A stretch of DNA of 48,215 nt from an uncultured bacterium (GTDB taxonomy: Bacteria; AUK180), in the NCBI GenBank assembly GCA_937863565.1, contig CALMGJ010000011.1:186001-234215 (forward strand), in the 5' to 3' direction. Each line of letters begins with the position of its first letter. Position 1 is the first letter of the stretch. The position numbers and the translations under genes were made by a program. The notes beneath the pieces are model-generated. The model was not told the DNA's origin and did no database searches. It saw nothing but the letters and a program-made list of their open reading frames with translations. This document shows positions 1-10,206 of this stretch, in pieces.

Positions 1-38
1 AATACAAGAACGATGGCCGGTTTCGCCCTCAGCCTCAT
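1..38 (-). CDS. possible 5' end of a gene running off the window (MRLRAKPAIVLV...)
   Basis: ATG at 38-36 with an open frame to the window edge and a basic-then-hydrophobic N-terminus; only 12 codons visible. Confidence 0.3.
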   Translation of the reverse strand, partial: MRLRAKPAIVLV

Positions 39-170
39 GTGGAAACCCTGTGAAAGAAAAGGTGACGGAAAACGGGTTTTTCCCGCCGGCCGGGAAGGAA
101 CCGGAAAAAGAGGTGGAAAAACAGCTCCACACTGTGGAAAAAAGGAGGGATATCCACAGGTTTTTACACA
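38..170. promoter_or_regulatory. DnaA-box cluster (candidate oriC segment or DnaA titration site)
   Basis: TGTGGAAAC 38-46, TGTGAAAGA 49-57, GGTGGAAAA 112-120, AGCTCCACA 123-131, TGTGGAAAA 133-141, ATATCCACA 150-158, TTTTACACA 162-170 versus consensus TTWTNCACA. Confidence 0.65.
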
Positions 171-2002
171 TCTTTCAAAGGATAACCGATAAGCTTATAG
201 ACGGTAAGGCCCTCGGCCTTTCCCTTGACCGACATCTTCTCCGGGTGGAGCTCGAACCTGGTCTTGAGCTCATCGGACAATTTATCAAAAGCATCCTTTG
301 TCAGAACAAGGGCATTGTTAAGTGTTCTGGTCAAACCCTCTACCCGGGACGCGGTATTAACGGTATCTCCCATGGCCGTATAATCATAGACTTTGTCCGA
401 ACCCATATTGCCTATGACCGCATCACCGTAGTTAACGCCGATCCCGATATAGAATTTTTCTTCGAGACCTTTGTTCATTTCTTTGATAGCGTCGATCATA
501 TCGATGCAGGCGAGCACACAATGATCACAGGCCGCCTTATCCGGAAGAGGGGCGCCCCAGAAGGCCATTATGCAGTCCCCGATATATTTATCCAAAGTTC
601 CCTTGAACTCGAAAACGGAATTGGTGAGCTTGGTGAGGATGATATTGAGCATTTTAACGACCTCTTCCGGAGAGTGTGATTCGGAATAAGTGGTAAATCC
701 CGCCACATCCCCGAACAGTATCGCCACAGCGGTCCTGTTGCCGCCGAGTTTCACAAGGCCGGGGTTCTTGACCAGCTCATGCATGACATTGGGGGAGAGG
801 TAATGCGAAAGGATCATCTTGAGCTCTCTTGCTCCCTTTGAGGACACAAGGTAATAATAGGCCAGATGATAACCGAAAAGGGCGAGAAAGAACAGGTTCG
901 GTATGAAAAAATGCAGAAGCTCCCTGAGTTTCCCGAAAAAGAACATCTGTATCCCCGTGTAAACAAGGAAAACGAAAAAAAGTGACAATACGCCCCTGAG
1001 AAGATTGAACTCTTTGTTCACCCGAACGAATATATAACCCAAGATCAGCATACAGAAAAGGATCACCAGGTAATTGAAGACCCTGTGCGGTTTAAGGATA
1101 TTCCCGGTAAGAAGATTATTCACGATCATCGCCTCGATCTCGATACCGGGCATCGAAGGTGAAATGGGGCTGGGGCGGTAATCGTGAAGACCGACCGAAG
1201 TAAGTCCGACGAGAACGATAGAGTCATTCAGATCGTATCTGAACCCCTCCTCATAGAACTCGGTCATGGGAATATACTTGATCTCCCTCTCGTGCCGCGT
1301 GAAATGTATCATGAACTTTTTATTATCATTGGTCGGGACGGAAATATCCCCCATCTTTATCTCATTCACGCCGATCGAGATATCGGACATTTCAAGGCCT
1401 TTGTACAGGCGGAAAAGATCAAAGGCCATACCCCAGATAACCCTGCCTTTGTAAAAATAAAAAGGCCCGTAATGGCGGACAGGGCCGTCAAAATCGCTAT
1501 TGAGCTTCACATGTCCTCTCGAAACAAGGCTCTGCGCGATCACATCCACGTTCCCGACAAAGGAAAAGTCACCCGCTTTGTCCGACCGCTCTGCGGCGGG
1601 AAAATATTCAAGTTCTTCCAGGTTCTTGTCGTCGGAGGGTTTACCGGGAAGAAAGACGGAACCCACAACATTGCCCGCCCAGAATATCGAGCTTGCCAAG
1701 GTCTCATCGCCGGAAGAGGTTTCGGGGAAAACAATATCAAGGCCGATATATTTAGGTCCATGCTCGTTTATCCTGCTGATGAGATCGGCCAGAAGGGATC
1801 TTTCAAAAGGCCATCTCCCGAAGCGGTTGAGCGCCGCATCGTCTATAGCTACGATGTATATCCGGTCGCTGGCCTTCTCGGGAAACACCCTTTGGAGAAA
1901 ATCCCACCATTTGATATCAAGAAGGCTGAGGAAACGGATATTGACGAATAACAGGGAGCAGAAAAGCACAAAAATGATGATAAGGACATGGTTTTTCTTC
2001 AT
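164..2002 (-). CDS. CHASE2-domain class III adenylate/guanylate cyclase
   Basis: CHASE2 motifs (IVAIDD, GRWPF.R, GLDIVF, PGIEI), three TM helices, cyclase motifs LFGDVAGFT, DKYIGD, GDTVNTASRVE; start moved from 2020 to ATG 2002 because of promoter position. Confidence 0.92.
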   Translation of the reverse strand: MKKNHVLIIIFVLFCSLLFVNIRFLSLLDIKWWDFLQRVFPEKASDRIYIVAIDDAALNRFGRWPFERSLLADLISRINEHGPKYIGLDIVFPETSSGDETLASSIFWAGNVVGSVFLPGKPSDDKNLEELEYFPAAERSDKAGDFSFVGNVDVIAQSLVSRGHVKLNSDFDGPVRHYGPFYFYKGRVIWGMAFDLFRLYKGLEMSDISIGVNEIKMGDISVPTNDNKKFMIHFTRHEREIKYIPMTEFYEEGFRYDLNDSIVLVGLTSVGLHDYRPSPISPSMPGIEIEAMIVNNLLTGNILKPHRVFNYLVILFCMLILGYIFVRVNKEFNLLRGVLSLFFVFLVYTGIQMFFFGKLRELLHFFIPNLFFLALFGYHLAYYYLVSSKGARELKMILSHYLSPNVMHELVKNPGLVKLGGNRTAVAILFGDVAGFTTYSESHSPEEVVKMLNIILTKLTNSVFEFKGTLDKYIGDCIMAFWGAPLPDKAACDHCVLACIDMIDAIKEMNKGLEEKFYIGIGVNYGDAVIGNMGSDKVYDYTAMGDTVNTASRVEGLTRTLNNALVLTKDAFDKLSDELKTRFELHPEKMSVKGKAEGLTVYKLIGYPLKDV

Positions 2003-2007
2003 GAACG

Positions 2008-2036
2008 ATTTTACCACCATACGCGTTAAAATTCAA
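2008..2036 (-). promoter_or_regulatory. sigma70-type promoter, leaderless, for the cyclase
   Basis: TTGAAT (2036-2031), 17 nt, TGG-TAAAAT (-10 at 2013-2008), 5 nt before ATG 2002. Confidence 0.55.
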
Positions 2037-2116
2037 GAAGATCCCGGGTCCGTAAAAAAAAGAGTGATTTTGGAAAAAAACCTTTAATTTTTCAATCTTT
2101 TGTATTATAATATATT

Positions 2117-2638
2117 ATGAAGGAAAAATTGATCTCGGCGATCAATGGGGATATAACAGAACTTTCGGTCGATGCAATAGTTAATGCTGCCAATAATTCG
2201 CTTCTCGGCGGCGGTGGCGTTGACGGTGCTATTCACGGGGCCGCCGGACCGGAGCTTCTGGAGGAGTGCAAAAGCCTTAACGGTTGCGCGACAGGAAAGG
2301 CAAAAACGACCAAAGGATATGCCCTGTCGGCCGGATATGTGATCCACACGGTCGGCCCGGTCTGGCGGGGTGGGGGCAATGGAGAGGAGGAAACCCTGGC
2401 CGAATGCTACAAGTCCGTTTTTGAAGAAGCAAGAAAACACAAGATCAGCTCTATAGCATTCCCCTCGATATCAACAGGTATCTACGGATATCCGGTCGAG
2501 CGCGCTGCGCCTGTTGCGGTAAGAACGGTAATGGAGGAACTCGAAAGAACCCCAACGGTCGAAAAGGTGATCTTCGTGTGTTTCGATAAAAGAACGTACG
2601 ATGTTTATCTTGAGGCCTTGGAGGGACTTGATGGCTAA
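2117..2638 (+). CDS. macrodomain protein, O-acetyl-ADP-ribose deacetylase (YmdB/MacroD-like)
   Basis: [46 protein letters not shown] motifs; TATAAT at 2106-2111 lies 5 nt before the ATG. Confidence 0.95.
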   Translation: MKEKLISAINGDITELSVDAIVNAANNSLLGGGGVDGAIHGAAGPELLEECKSLNGCATGKAKTTKGYALSAGYVIHTVGPVWRGGGNGEEETLAECYKSVFEEARKHKISSIAFPSISTGIYGYPVERAAPVAVRTVMEELERTPTVEKVIFVCFDKRTYDVYLEALEGLDG

Positions 2639-3017
2639 AAAACTAAAGGCCATTCTGATCTGCGAGGATGACGAGAAGATCCAGAATCTTTTCTCGCTCA
2701 CTCTCAGCAACTACAAGAACGAAAAACTCACGTTTAAAAGCGGAAGAAAAGCCATCGAATATGTCGAGGGACATCCCGGGGACGTCGGCCTTATATTTCT
2801 CGACATAGGCCTTGAAGATATGAACGGATACGATGTGCTGAAGCAGATCAGGGAGGACTGCAAAAGCAAGGTCCCGGTCGTCATCGTTTCCGCATATGTT
2901 TCTAAAGACGATATATCAAAGGGCATCCGCCTCGGCGCCAATCATTATCTTGTGAAACCGTTCAATCTGAAAAAGATATACGATATATGCGCCGACTACC
3001 TTGAAAAGGAGAAATAA
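2631..3017 (+). CDS. single-domain response regulator (receiver only)
   Basis: ICEDD, IFLDIGL.DMNG, VSA, YLVKPF motifs; ATG 2631 follows GGAGGG and overlaps the macrodomain gene end. Confidence 0.9.
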   Translation: MAKKLKAILICEDDEKIQNLFSLTLSNYKNEKLTFKSGRKAIEYVEGHPGDVGLIFLDIGLEDMNGYDVLKQIREDCKSKVPVVIVSAYVSKDDISKGIRLGANHYLVKPFNLKKIYDICADYLEKEK

Positions 3018-4573
3018 TGAACGACAAACAGACCATTATGATCGCCGACGACGATGAGAATGTAAGAAATGTCCTGAAAAGTTATCTGGAAGCGAAAGAT
3101 TTCAAGATAATCGAAGCGACCGACGGCGTTGAAGTGATGGCGATGGTGAAGGATAAATTCATCCCGGACCTCATCATTCTGGACATCATGATGCCCGAAA
3201 TGAACGGCTTCGAGGTTTGCGAAAAGATGCGCAATTCAGACAAGTACGCAATGATACCCATCCTCATGCTGACGGCGCTCTCCACACCGGAATCGGTCAT
3301 TAAAGGGCTCTCGCTCGGTGCGGACGACTATATCAAGAAACCATTCAATCTCGAGGAACTCTATATCCGCGTGATAAATATCCTTAAAAAAGGCAATATC
3401 TCTGACAGGCTGAAAAGCATAGTAGGGGAGTACAAAAACGCGAGAGACGAATTCTCCGGCATGGATCCCCTTATTGACAAGCTTACTAAAATGCCGATCA
3501 TGCCGGCCTTATTTGAGCGTCTGCGCAAAGAATACGAGGACGGATTTTTCGTGGCCTATGTTGATACGACCGAGATCCTGAAATTCGAACGCATCTTGAA
3601 CTGGAGGCTTATAGACGATTATATCCTTTTCGTTTCTAACAGGATAAACGAGTTCATTGAGAAAAATTACTATAAGGCCCTGATAAGCGTGAAGAAGTTC
3701 TATGCGGGGGATTTCGTGATCTTCCTTTCCCCGGAGCATGTGGACGGCGCTCACTTCACTTCGGAACTCCAGAGATACATTGACCGTGCCGTCGAGAACC
3801 AGTTCCCCGAACTCTCCGAACTTCCCGGATTTATTTTCATCGACGGCATCTCATTTAAAAAAGAAAAGAACGCCCGGTTCGAAAGGGAGATATACAGACA
3901 TATCTTCAATCTGCTGAAGCTCATGGAGGACGATAAAAAGAAATACAGGGAATTTTCCATCTCATCCGCCGTTTCCGGGAATATCCAGATCGAAAAAGAG
4001 GAGATCAAGGATGACGGCATCACGGAATATTTCGTGAAAGTGCTTCTGGACGGGAAGAACATAGACGAAGTGATGCGCTTCGGAATGTCACACGCCCAGG
4101 CTGAAAAGATTTTCTTCTGCGTTACAAAAAAAGTGCTCGATATGCTTGATGAAAAAGAGAATTACATCGTTCCCATACATAAAGCGGCGCTTAATCAGGA
4201 GCTCATCTTCCACCTGAGGGAGAAGAAGGTGCCGCGCAATATCATGTTCGCGCTGGACGATATAGACGTATCCACGGAGCTTCTTTATTTCAAAGAGTTC
4301 ACGGACCTTTTAAGATATCTCAATTATAAGATCGCGATCTATAATTTCGGTACGATAGGGTCTTCGCTTGACAATATTCTTGCCCTCGAGCCGGCATATG
4401 TGATCCTGCACAATAAGGTGACCGTGGATGCCGACAAGAATTACCTTAAGCAGGACATTGTTAAATCGCTTCTTGCCAATTCGGAAAAACTTGATCTTAA
4501 GATAGTGGGGAATAAATTTAATATACCGGTGCTGAAAAATCTGGGAGTAACCCGGTTCAAGCAGGGTATCTAA
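3017..4573 (+). CDS. response regulator with degenerate GGDEF-like and EAL-like output domains
   Basis: intact receiver (IADDD, ILDIMMP, LTA, YIKKPF); DKLTKMP and FYAGDFVIF resemble GGDEF domain motifs; IAIYNFGTIGSSL resembles the EAL-domain DDFGTGYSSL motif; TAATG overlap with the upstream gene. Confidence 0.8.
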   Translation: MNDKQTIMIADDDENVRNVLKSYLEAKDFKIIEATDGVEVMAMVKDKFIPDLIILDIMMPEMNGFEVCEKMRNSDKYAMIPILMLTALSTPESVIKGLSLGADDYIKKPFNLEELYIRVINILKKGNISDRLKSIVGEYKNARDEFSGMDPLIDKLTKMPIMPALFERLRKEYEDGFFVAYVDTTEILKFERILNWRLIDDYILFVSNRINEFIEKNYYKALISVKKFYAGDFVIFLSPEHVDGAHFTSELQRYIDRAVENQFPELSELPGFIFIDGISFKKEKNARFEREIYRHIFNLLKLMEDDKKKYREFSISSAVSGNIQIEKEEIKDDGITEYFVKVLLDGKNIDEVMRFGMSHAQAEKIFFCVTKKVLDMLDEKENYIVPIHKAALNQELIFHLREKKVPRNIMFALDDIDVSTELLYFKEFTDLLRYLNYKIAIYNFGTIGSSLDNILALEPAYVILHNKVTVDADKNYLKQDIVKSLLANSEKLDLKIVGNKFNIPVLKNLGVTRFKQGI

Positions 4574-4584
4574 GGAGGGGTGTG

Positions 4585-6564
4585 ATGAAAAAAGCGTTTA
4601 CTGCCGTTCTTTTCGCGGTGCTTCTTATTGCCGCGTTTGCGGAGTCCGGCGACTACTTCAATCTTCTGGATAAACTTCTTATCGAATCCTCGTATAAGAT
4701 GAAGGTCGAATACGGGGAAATAGGCGAGAAGATCATTATTCTGGATGGGGAATACCTCAAAGACCTCTCGGTCAAGAACGTGAAAGATCTCCTGGCTTTT
4801 GTCTCGGAAGTGTTCCTCTCAAGGTACCGCTCCGGCGAAGTGCTCGTTTTCTCAAGAGGGATCCTCGCATCGCACAATGAGCGCTTTCTTCTTCTTATTA
4901 ACGGCGTATCGTATGCGGACCCGTTCTACAACCAGAGCTATGTGGACGAATACATGCCGCTTGTAAATATAGAAAGAGTGGAGGTCGCCCTCGGCGGATA
5001 TTCATCCCTCTACGGAACGGGCGCATTTGCGGGGTATATAAACGTTGTGGAAAAAGAGACCTATAAGAATGAGATCATGACAACTGCGTCATCGGACGGG
5101 TATTTCGGCCTTGACGTTTCTTTCGGGGAGAACACGGGGAAATTCTCCTTCGGCGGTTCGGCAACGAAAATAGATATGTTCGGAACAGGTGTGGACAAAA
5201 ACTACTCCGGCCTTCCCGTAACGACAAATAACGATCCTAAAAGCAATCTTTTTCTAAAGGGATATCTTAAATACGGGAATCTTCATTTCAGCATGCGGAC
5301 GATCGATTACCAGTTCTGCGAGCTCAACAATGCGATATACTCCTGGGACCAAGTGCTGCAGAGCCGCATCTTCGACCATCATTTTGAGGATACGTTCATT
5401 CGCGCCGGATATGAAAGCGACCTCGGGGGAAACATTCTCTCTATTGACGTGAACTATCAGGTGTTCGACAGAAAAAGCGTCTGGGGCTACACCGTTTACG
5501 ATTCGACCGACACCCTGGACAAAACATATGAATGCCTCGTTGATGCGGTTAAATACTCGGAGAAGATCTTTGGTGAAGCCACGATAAAGAAAGAAGCGGG
5601 CAAATTGAGATATGTGGCCGGCGTAATGGCGGAATATATCAATCTCAAGGATATCAAGGATTATATCTACGAGAACAACTCCTCTGTGCCGCTGCCGGAT
5701 GAGGATGAGGATTCATACTACCTCATTCCGACAAAATACAATAACTATGCCGCATTCGGCGAACTTATTATAAAGCCCGTGGAGAACGTTAAAGTATCAT
5801 CATCTGTGAGATACGACTACAACCACTTCTTCAAGGGCTTCCTTGCGCCGAAATTCGTCGCGGACATAAAGCTCAGACCGGTCTCCCTTAACTTCACCTA
5901 CAATCTCGCCTTCAGGGCTCCCACGCCGCGCGAACTCCTCATCTTGACGGGAGCGTGGGCCGAAGGGAATCCCGACCTTGAACCGGAGGAGCTGCATGCC
6001 TTCAATGCGGGTTTGAAATATACTCCGGGTCCGTTCTCCTTGAGGGTCAATGTGTTCTACGAGGAACTCAAGAACATCATAGAGAAGATCTCGGGCAAAT
6101 ACGAGAATGTTGAAAAGGGCCTTATCGTAAGAGGGGTTACCGCCTCGGCGGGTTATAATGTAGGGAAATTCCTTTTACAGGTTAACGGCACATATCAGAG
6201 GGCCGTGCTTCTCGATCTCGTCCAGGCGAACTATCCGGACTACAAGATCACGGTGATGGCGGACTATATGATATCCGAGAATGCCCGTGTTTTCCTCAAT
6301 AATGAATTCGTGGGGAGGATCGGAAGAAGCGAATGGGCCGACCAGTACGGACTTGACAAGAATGACGGAGACCCCTATGCGCTCACTTCAGTTTACTTCT
6401 CCTATACGAAATGGGGTTACAGGCTGAACCTCTTTCTCAAGAATATGTTTGATACACCGTATTACACGATGTACTATATAGATAAGATCTCCAGCGCATC
6501 GTACACTAACGACCTTAAAATGCCGGGCAGGACATTCGGAGTATCTGTGTCCTATGAATTTTAG
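4585..6564 (+). CDS. TonB-dependent outer-membrane receptor
   Basis: signal peptide; plug motifs LLLING and IERVEV..G..SSLYG.GA.AG.INVV; AFRAPT, GNPDLEPE, NMFDT.Y; C-terminal GRTFGVSVSYEF; AAGGAGG RBS (GTG 4582 is an alternative start). Confidence 0.93.
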   Translation: MKKAFTAVLFAVLLIAAFAESGDYFNLLDKLLIESSYKMKVEYGEIGEKIIILDGEYLKDLSVKNVKDLLAFVSEVFLSRYRSGEVLVFSRGILASHNERFLLLINGVSYADPFYNQSYVDEYMPLVNIERVEVALGGYSSLYGTGAFAGYINVVEKETYKNEIMTTASSDGYFGLDVSFGENTGKFSFGGSATKIDMFGTGVDKNYSGLPVTTNNDPKSNLFLKGYLKYGNLHFSMRTIDYQFCELNNAIYSWDQVLQSRIFDHHFEDTFIRAGYESDLGGNILSIDVNYQVFDRKSVWGYTVYDSTDTLDKTYECLVDAVKYSEKIFGEATIKKEAGKLRYVAGVMAEYINLKDIKDYIYENNSSVPLPDEDEDSYYLIPTKYNNYAAFGELIIKPVENVKVSSSVRYDYNHFFKGFLAPKFVADIKLRPVSLNFTYNLAFRAPTPRELLILTGAWAEGNPDLEPEELHAFNAGLKYTPGPFSLRVNVFYEELKNIIEKISGKYENVEKGLIVRGVTASAGYNVGKFLLQVNGTYQRAVLLDLVQANYPDYKITVMADYMISENARVFLNNEFVGRIGRSEWADQYGLDKNDGDPYALTSVYFSYTKWGYRLNLFLKNMFDTPYYTMYYIDKISSASYTNDLKMPGRTFGVSVSYEF

Positions 6565-7405
6565 AAGAGCCGCTCTTCTTATCATACTGCTCTTGCCGGC
6601 CGTCTTCACGGCAGAAAAGAACTATATTCTCTTTTCTTTTGACTATGATGTGTTCACCGAGATCAAAGACGGGATCGTAGGGTCCCTTCCGGGCAATAAG
6701 ATCACCATATTCGATATTTCAAAAGAAAAACCATTAATTGAAGATAATAACGGAAATCACTGCTTCGTCCTCGGTGACTCTGCGTACAGGTACGCCCTCG
6801 AGAACACGCAGAATATCGACATCATCGCCTTCATGGTGTATGAACCGCCCGTTTTACCCGAAGATGACCTTGAAAGGGTCACGCTGGTTGAACCGGAAAT
6901 AGATCTTGCGGGGAAAGTGAAGATCATCGAAGAACACATCCTCGATCTCAAGGGGATCATAATACCCTGTACTGCAGCCTGGTATAAGAAGCACAAAAAG
7001 GAGGCCGACCACGCGGTTTCCGAGGCCAAGCTTCCCGTAAGGCTCGAGATCGTAGAAGGCGATCCGGTGGAGTTCTTTAAAAGCCTCGCGGTACCCCCGG
7101 GCTATATGCTGCTTTCCGTTTACGACAAGGACCTGTACAGTTTCAACAATGTATACAATATCATCCGGCTCACATCGGAACGGAGGATACCTTTCGCGGG
7201 GCTTTCAAAGGGTTTCGTAAAAAGGGGCGCATTCCTAAGCGTACTTCCGGACTACTTCAATATGGGGCTCAAATCGGTCACATCGCCGGATACGGCAACA
7301 CGAGAGATAATGAAGGAATACAGGGTTTTCGTGAATATTAAAATGCTGAGGCGGTATAGCCTCAGGGTCGACCCCAAAAAACCGGAGATCAGGCTCATCC
7401 AATGA
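6554..7405 (+). CDS. periplasmic ligand-binding protein (ABC_sub_bind-like)
   Basis: signal peptide; C-terminal IPFAG.SKGFVKRGAFLSV.PDY..MG and VFVN motifs typical of the family; located between the TBDR and the kinase. Confidence 0.7.
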   Translation: MNFRRAALLIILLLPAVFTAEKNYILFSFDYDVFTEIKDGIVGSLPGNKITIFDISKEKPLIEDNNGNHCFVLGDSAYRYALENTQNIDIIAFMVYEPPVLPEDDLERVTLVEPEIDLAGKVKIIEEHILDLKGIIIPCTAAWYKKHKKEADHAVSEAKLPVRLEIVEGDPVEFFKSLAVPPGYMLLSVYDKDLYSFNNVYNIIRLTSERRIPFAGLSKGFVKRGAFLSVLPDYFNMGLKSVTSPDTATREIMKEYRVFVNIKMLRRYSLRVDPKKPEIRLIQ

Positions 7406-9012
7406 AAAAGTTCATCTCCGTCAAATTGAAGCTTGTGCTTTTCATAGTCCCTATCCTGGCGCTTCTTTACGCGTTCATATCTACCGTTTTCCTGAAACTG
7501 AATTTCAATTTCGTACGCGATGTTTATGTGGGGAACATGCGCTTCACCGCGGCCAATCTTGCGCGATCGCTCTCCTATCCGGTCTGGATAGACGATAAGG
7601 AGAGCGTTGAGCAGATACTGGGAGTACTTCAGAAGAAAGAGACCGTAAAAAAAATCCAGATCATCCTCAGCGGGGAAGAATATTACTCTTGGACCTCGAA
7701 AGAAGAATTGACCCGGGACAAGGAGATCGTGATCGAAGACAAGATCGTTCCCGAAGTAAATCCGGATATGCTGCTTTTCAATGAAAACCCGCAAGCGGCC
7801 GCTGTTTTCAGGATCGGTCTTTCGGAAAAAGCCGTGCGTAAAGAGATCCGCTTCATGAATTATTTCAACGGCTTTGTTCTTCTTATCGGCCTCATACTTT
7901 TTCTCGTGGCGTATTTCTTCGTAGAATCCATAACGGGGCCGATCATTGAACTTAATGAACAGGTTCAGGAAATATCGCTTCTTAATTTCCACAAGAAGAT
8001 CTCAATACAGCGTAATGACGAGATAGGCATGCTTGCCGAAAGCTTTGAGAACATGAGAAAAGAGATCGTGAGCTATTCACGGAGGATCGAGGATTGGAAC
8101 AAGGAGCTTGAGCGCCGCATCGCAAATCAGACGGAAGAACTGAACGCAAAGAACGAGGAGCTCCAGGCCTCGGTGGAACAGCTCGAAGTGCTCAATGAGG
8201 ATTACAGGCAGATAAATGAAAAGCTAAACAAGACGCTTCTTGACCTTTCCGAAGCAAAGGAAAGAGCCGAGGAATCCAATCAGATGAAAAGCCAGTTCGT
8301 CTCGATGATGTCACATGAACTTCGCACCCCACTCACTTCGATAATCGGCTATACTCAACTTATAAGCACAGGCATTCTCGGCGATATCACGGCCAAGCAG
8401 AAGGACAGTCTAAGCTCGGTCGAGAACTCGGCAAAAGACCTTTTACGCCTGATCAACGACATCATTGATGTCTCGAAAATCGATCTTAAAAAATTCACGC
8501 TGAACCGCGAGAAGACTAATATCAAGAGCTTCATCAAGGATGTGACCGAAGAGTTCAAGAGCATAATCTCCGGTAAAAAACTCGAGTTCATAGAGAATTC
8601 GGAATTCACTGCGGAATCAGCCTACTTTGACGAACTGAGGATCAAACAGGTCGTGAACAATCTTCTGATAAATGCTTTTAAATTCACGGATTCGGGCTCT
8701 ATAACCCTCGATATTAAACAGGTGAATTCCTTGAAATACTCGGAGAAGTCTACTCAAAACGGCAATTATCTCCAATTCTCCGTACAGGACACGGGCGTGG
8801 GGATCAATCCCAAGGAGATAGAGAAGATCTGGAATATCTTCTATCAGGTTGACAATAAACTTTCAAGGAAAGCCGGAGGAACGGGCCTCGGCCTTACGAT
8901 ATCCAAACAGCTTGTTCAGCTTCATCGCGGCAGGTTCTTCGTCGAGAGCAAGCCGGGAAAGGGGAGCCGGTTCTCCTTCATAATCCCGATCAAAGGGGAA
9001 GAGGACACCTGA
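7402..9012 (+). CDS. membrane sensor histidine kinase (HAMP, HisKA, HATPase)
   Basis: two TM segments, HAMP (RNDEIGMLAESFENM), H-box MSHELRTPL, N-box NLLINAFKFT, DTGVG, GGTGLGL. Confidence 0.95.
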   Translation: MKKFISVKLKLVLFIVPILALLYAFISTVFLKLNFNFVRDVYVGNMRFTAANLARSLSYPVWIDDKESVEQILGVLQKKETVKKIQIILSGEEYYSWTSKEELTRDKEIVIEDKIVPEVNPDMLLFNENPQAAAVFRIGLSEKAVRKEIRFMNYFNGFVLLIGLILFLVAYFFVESITGPIIELNEQVQEISLLNFHKKISIQRNDEIGMLAESFENMRKEIVSYSRRIEDWNKELERRIANQTEELNAKNEELQASVEQLEVLNEDYRQINEKLNKTLLDLSEAKERAEESNQMKSQFVSMMSHELRTPLTSIIGYTQLISTGILGDITAKQKDSLSSVENSAKDLLRLINDIIDVSKIDLKKFTLNREKTNIKSFIKDVTEEFKSIISGKKLEFIENSEFTAESAYFDELRIKQVVNNLLINAFKFTDSGSITLDIKQVNSLKYSEKSTQNGNYLQFSVQDTGVGINPKEIEKIWNIFYQVDNKLSRKAGGTGLGLTISKQLVQLHRGRFFVESKPGKGSRFSFIIPIKGEEDT

Positions 9013-9168
9013 TACGGCACTCGCCTTCATTTCAGGAAAACCGGCCGTCTCAGCCGCATTTGAAGATAAAGGATCCCCGATAACACGGCTATCTTGGTAT
9101 TCTCGAGATCATGAACCTTGTCCGGTGTAAATAATTTTTCTGTTAATCCGGCATGCGAAAAAATTGAT

Positions 9169-10206
9169 TTATTCTTCCCAGTGAAGGTTCTTTTTAAGAA
9201 GCAGGATGATGAAAAGAGGCGCGCCGATTATAGCCATAAGTATCCCGACCGGTATCTCTATGGAGGAGATCGTTCTTGCGATGTCGTCAACGATAAGCAT
9301 AAAGGTGCCCCCGAACAGTATGCTGAAAGGCACCAGTTTCCGGTGATCGGGCCCCACAAGCATCCTTCCTATATGGGGGACGATCAGGCCGATCCAGCCG
9401 ATGATACCGCAAAGAGAGACCGAAATGGCGGTAAGAAGTGTTGCAAGTACAATGAAAAGGCTCCCCGTCCTTCCCGTATTCTCCCCGAGATTTCTTGCCT
9501 CCTCCTCACCCATGGCAAGTATATTGAGTTTCCACCTTAGAAGAAAGATGCCGATAATGCAGGCGATGAAGATCAGGGCCGAATATTTGAGGTCCCCGCC
9601 TTCCGCATAGGAAAAAGAGCCCATCAGCCAGAATGTAATGGCGGGAAGCCTTGTATAAGGATCGGCTATATACTTGAGAAAAGATGTTGCGGCCGAAAAA
9701 AGGCTTCCGATAACGAAACCGGACAGCACCATCGTGATCGATGAGCGGTTGTATAAGGCGGACCCAAGAAATGAAGCAAGAAAAACCGTGACGATGCCGA
9801 ACCCGAAGCCCAGTAATTTCACGAGAAAAAGGTTCAGTCCCAGAACAAGGCCCAGAGCGATACCGAAGCCCGCTCCGGATGAAACGCCCAGTATGAAAGG
9901 GGAGACGAGAGGATTTCTGAAAACGCCCTGAAAGACAGTGCCTGCCAAAGAAAGAGATATGCCCACAAGGAGCGCCAGCAATATGCGGGGAAGCCGGATA
10001 TCGAAAATGACGGTGAAGACCTCACCGGGCAGATCGCTTTGCGTTCCGAGGATCTTTGAGATAACCGCCTCGGCGGTATCGGCCATAGAGACATGATAAC
10101 GGCCGATGGAAAGCGAGGCAAGAAAAACCAGAATGCCGAAGATGATAAGTCCGGTGAAGAGCAGCGGCTTATTTTTTTTCATTGTTTTTAAGATGCGGGG
10201 CCACAT
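9169..10206 (-). CDS. iron-siderophore/cobalamin ABC transporter permease (FecCD/BtuC family)
   Basis: IRLPRILLA, FQGVFRNPLVSP..LGVSSGA, GEEEARNLG, GIIGWIGLIVPH, EIPVG motifs. Confidence 0.93.
   Translation of the reverse strand: MWPRILKTMKKNKPLLFTGLIIFGILVFLASLSIGRYHVSMADTAEAVISKILGTQSDLPGEVFTVIFDIRLPRILLALLVGISLSLAGTVFQGVFRNPLVSPFILGVSSGAGFGIALGLVLGLNLFLVKLLGFGFGIVTVFLASFLGSALYNRSSITMVLSGFVIGSLFSAATSFLKYIADPYTRLPAITFWLMGSFSYAEGGDLKYSALIFIACIIGIFLLRWKLNILAMGEEEARNLGENTGRTGSLFIVLATLLTAISVSLCGIIGWIGLIVPHIGRMLVGPDHRKLVPFSILFGGTFMLIVDDIARTISSIEIPVGILMAIIGAPLFIILLLKKNLHWEE

Noticed and set aside
50..1951. Long plus-strand ORFs 50..679 and 1184..1951, and similar antisense ORFs throughout the window
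   Set aside because: They are shadows of well-supported genes on the opposite strand and have no recognisable motifs.
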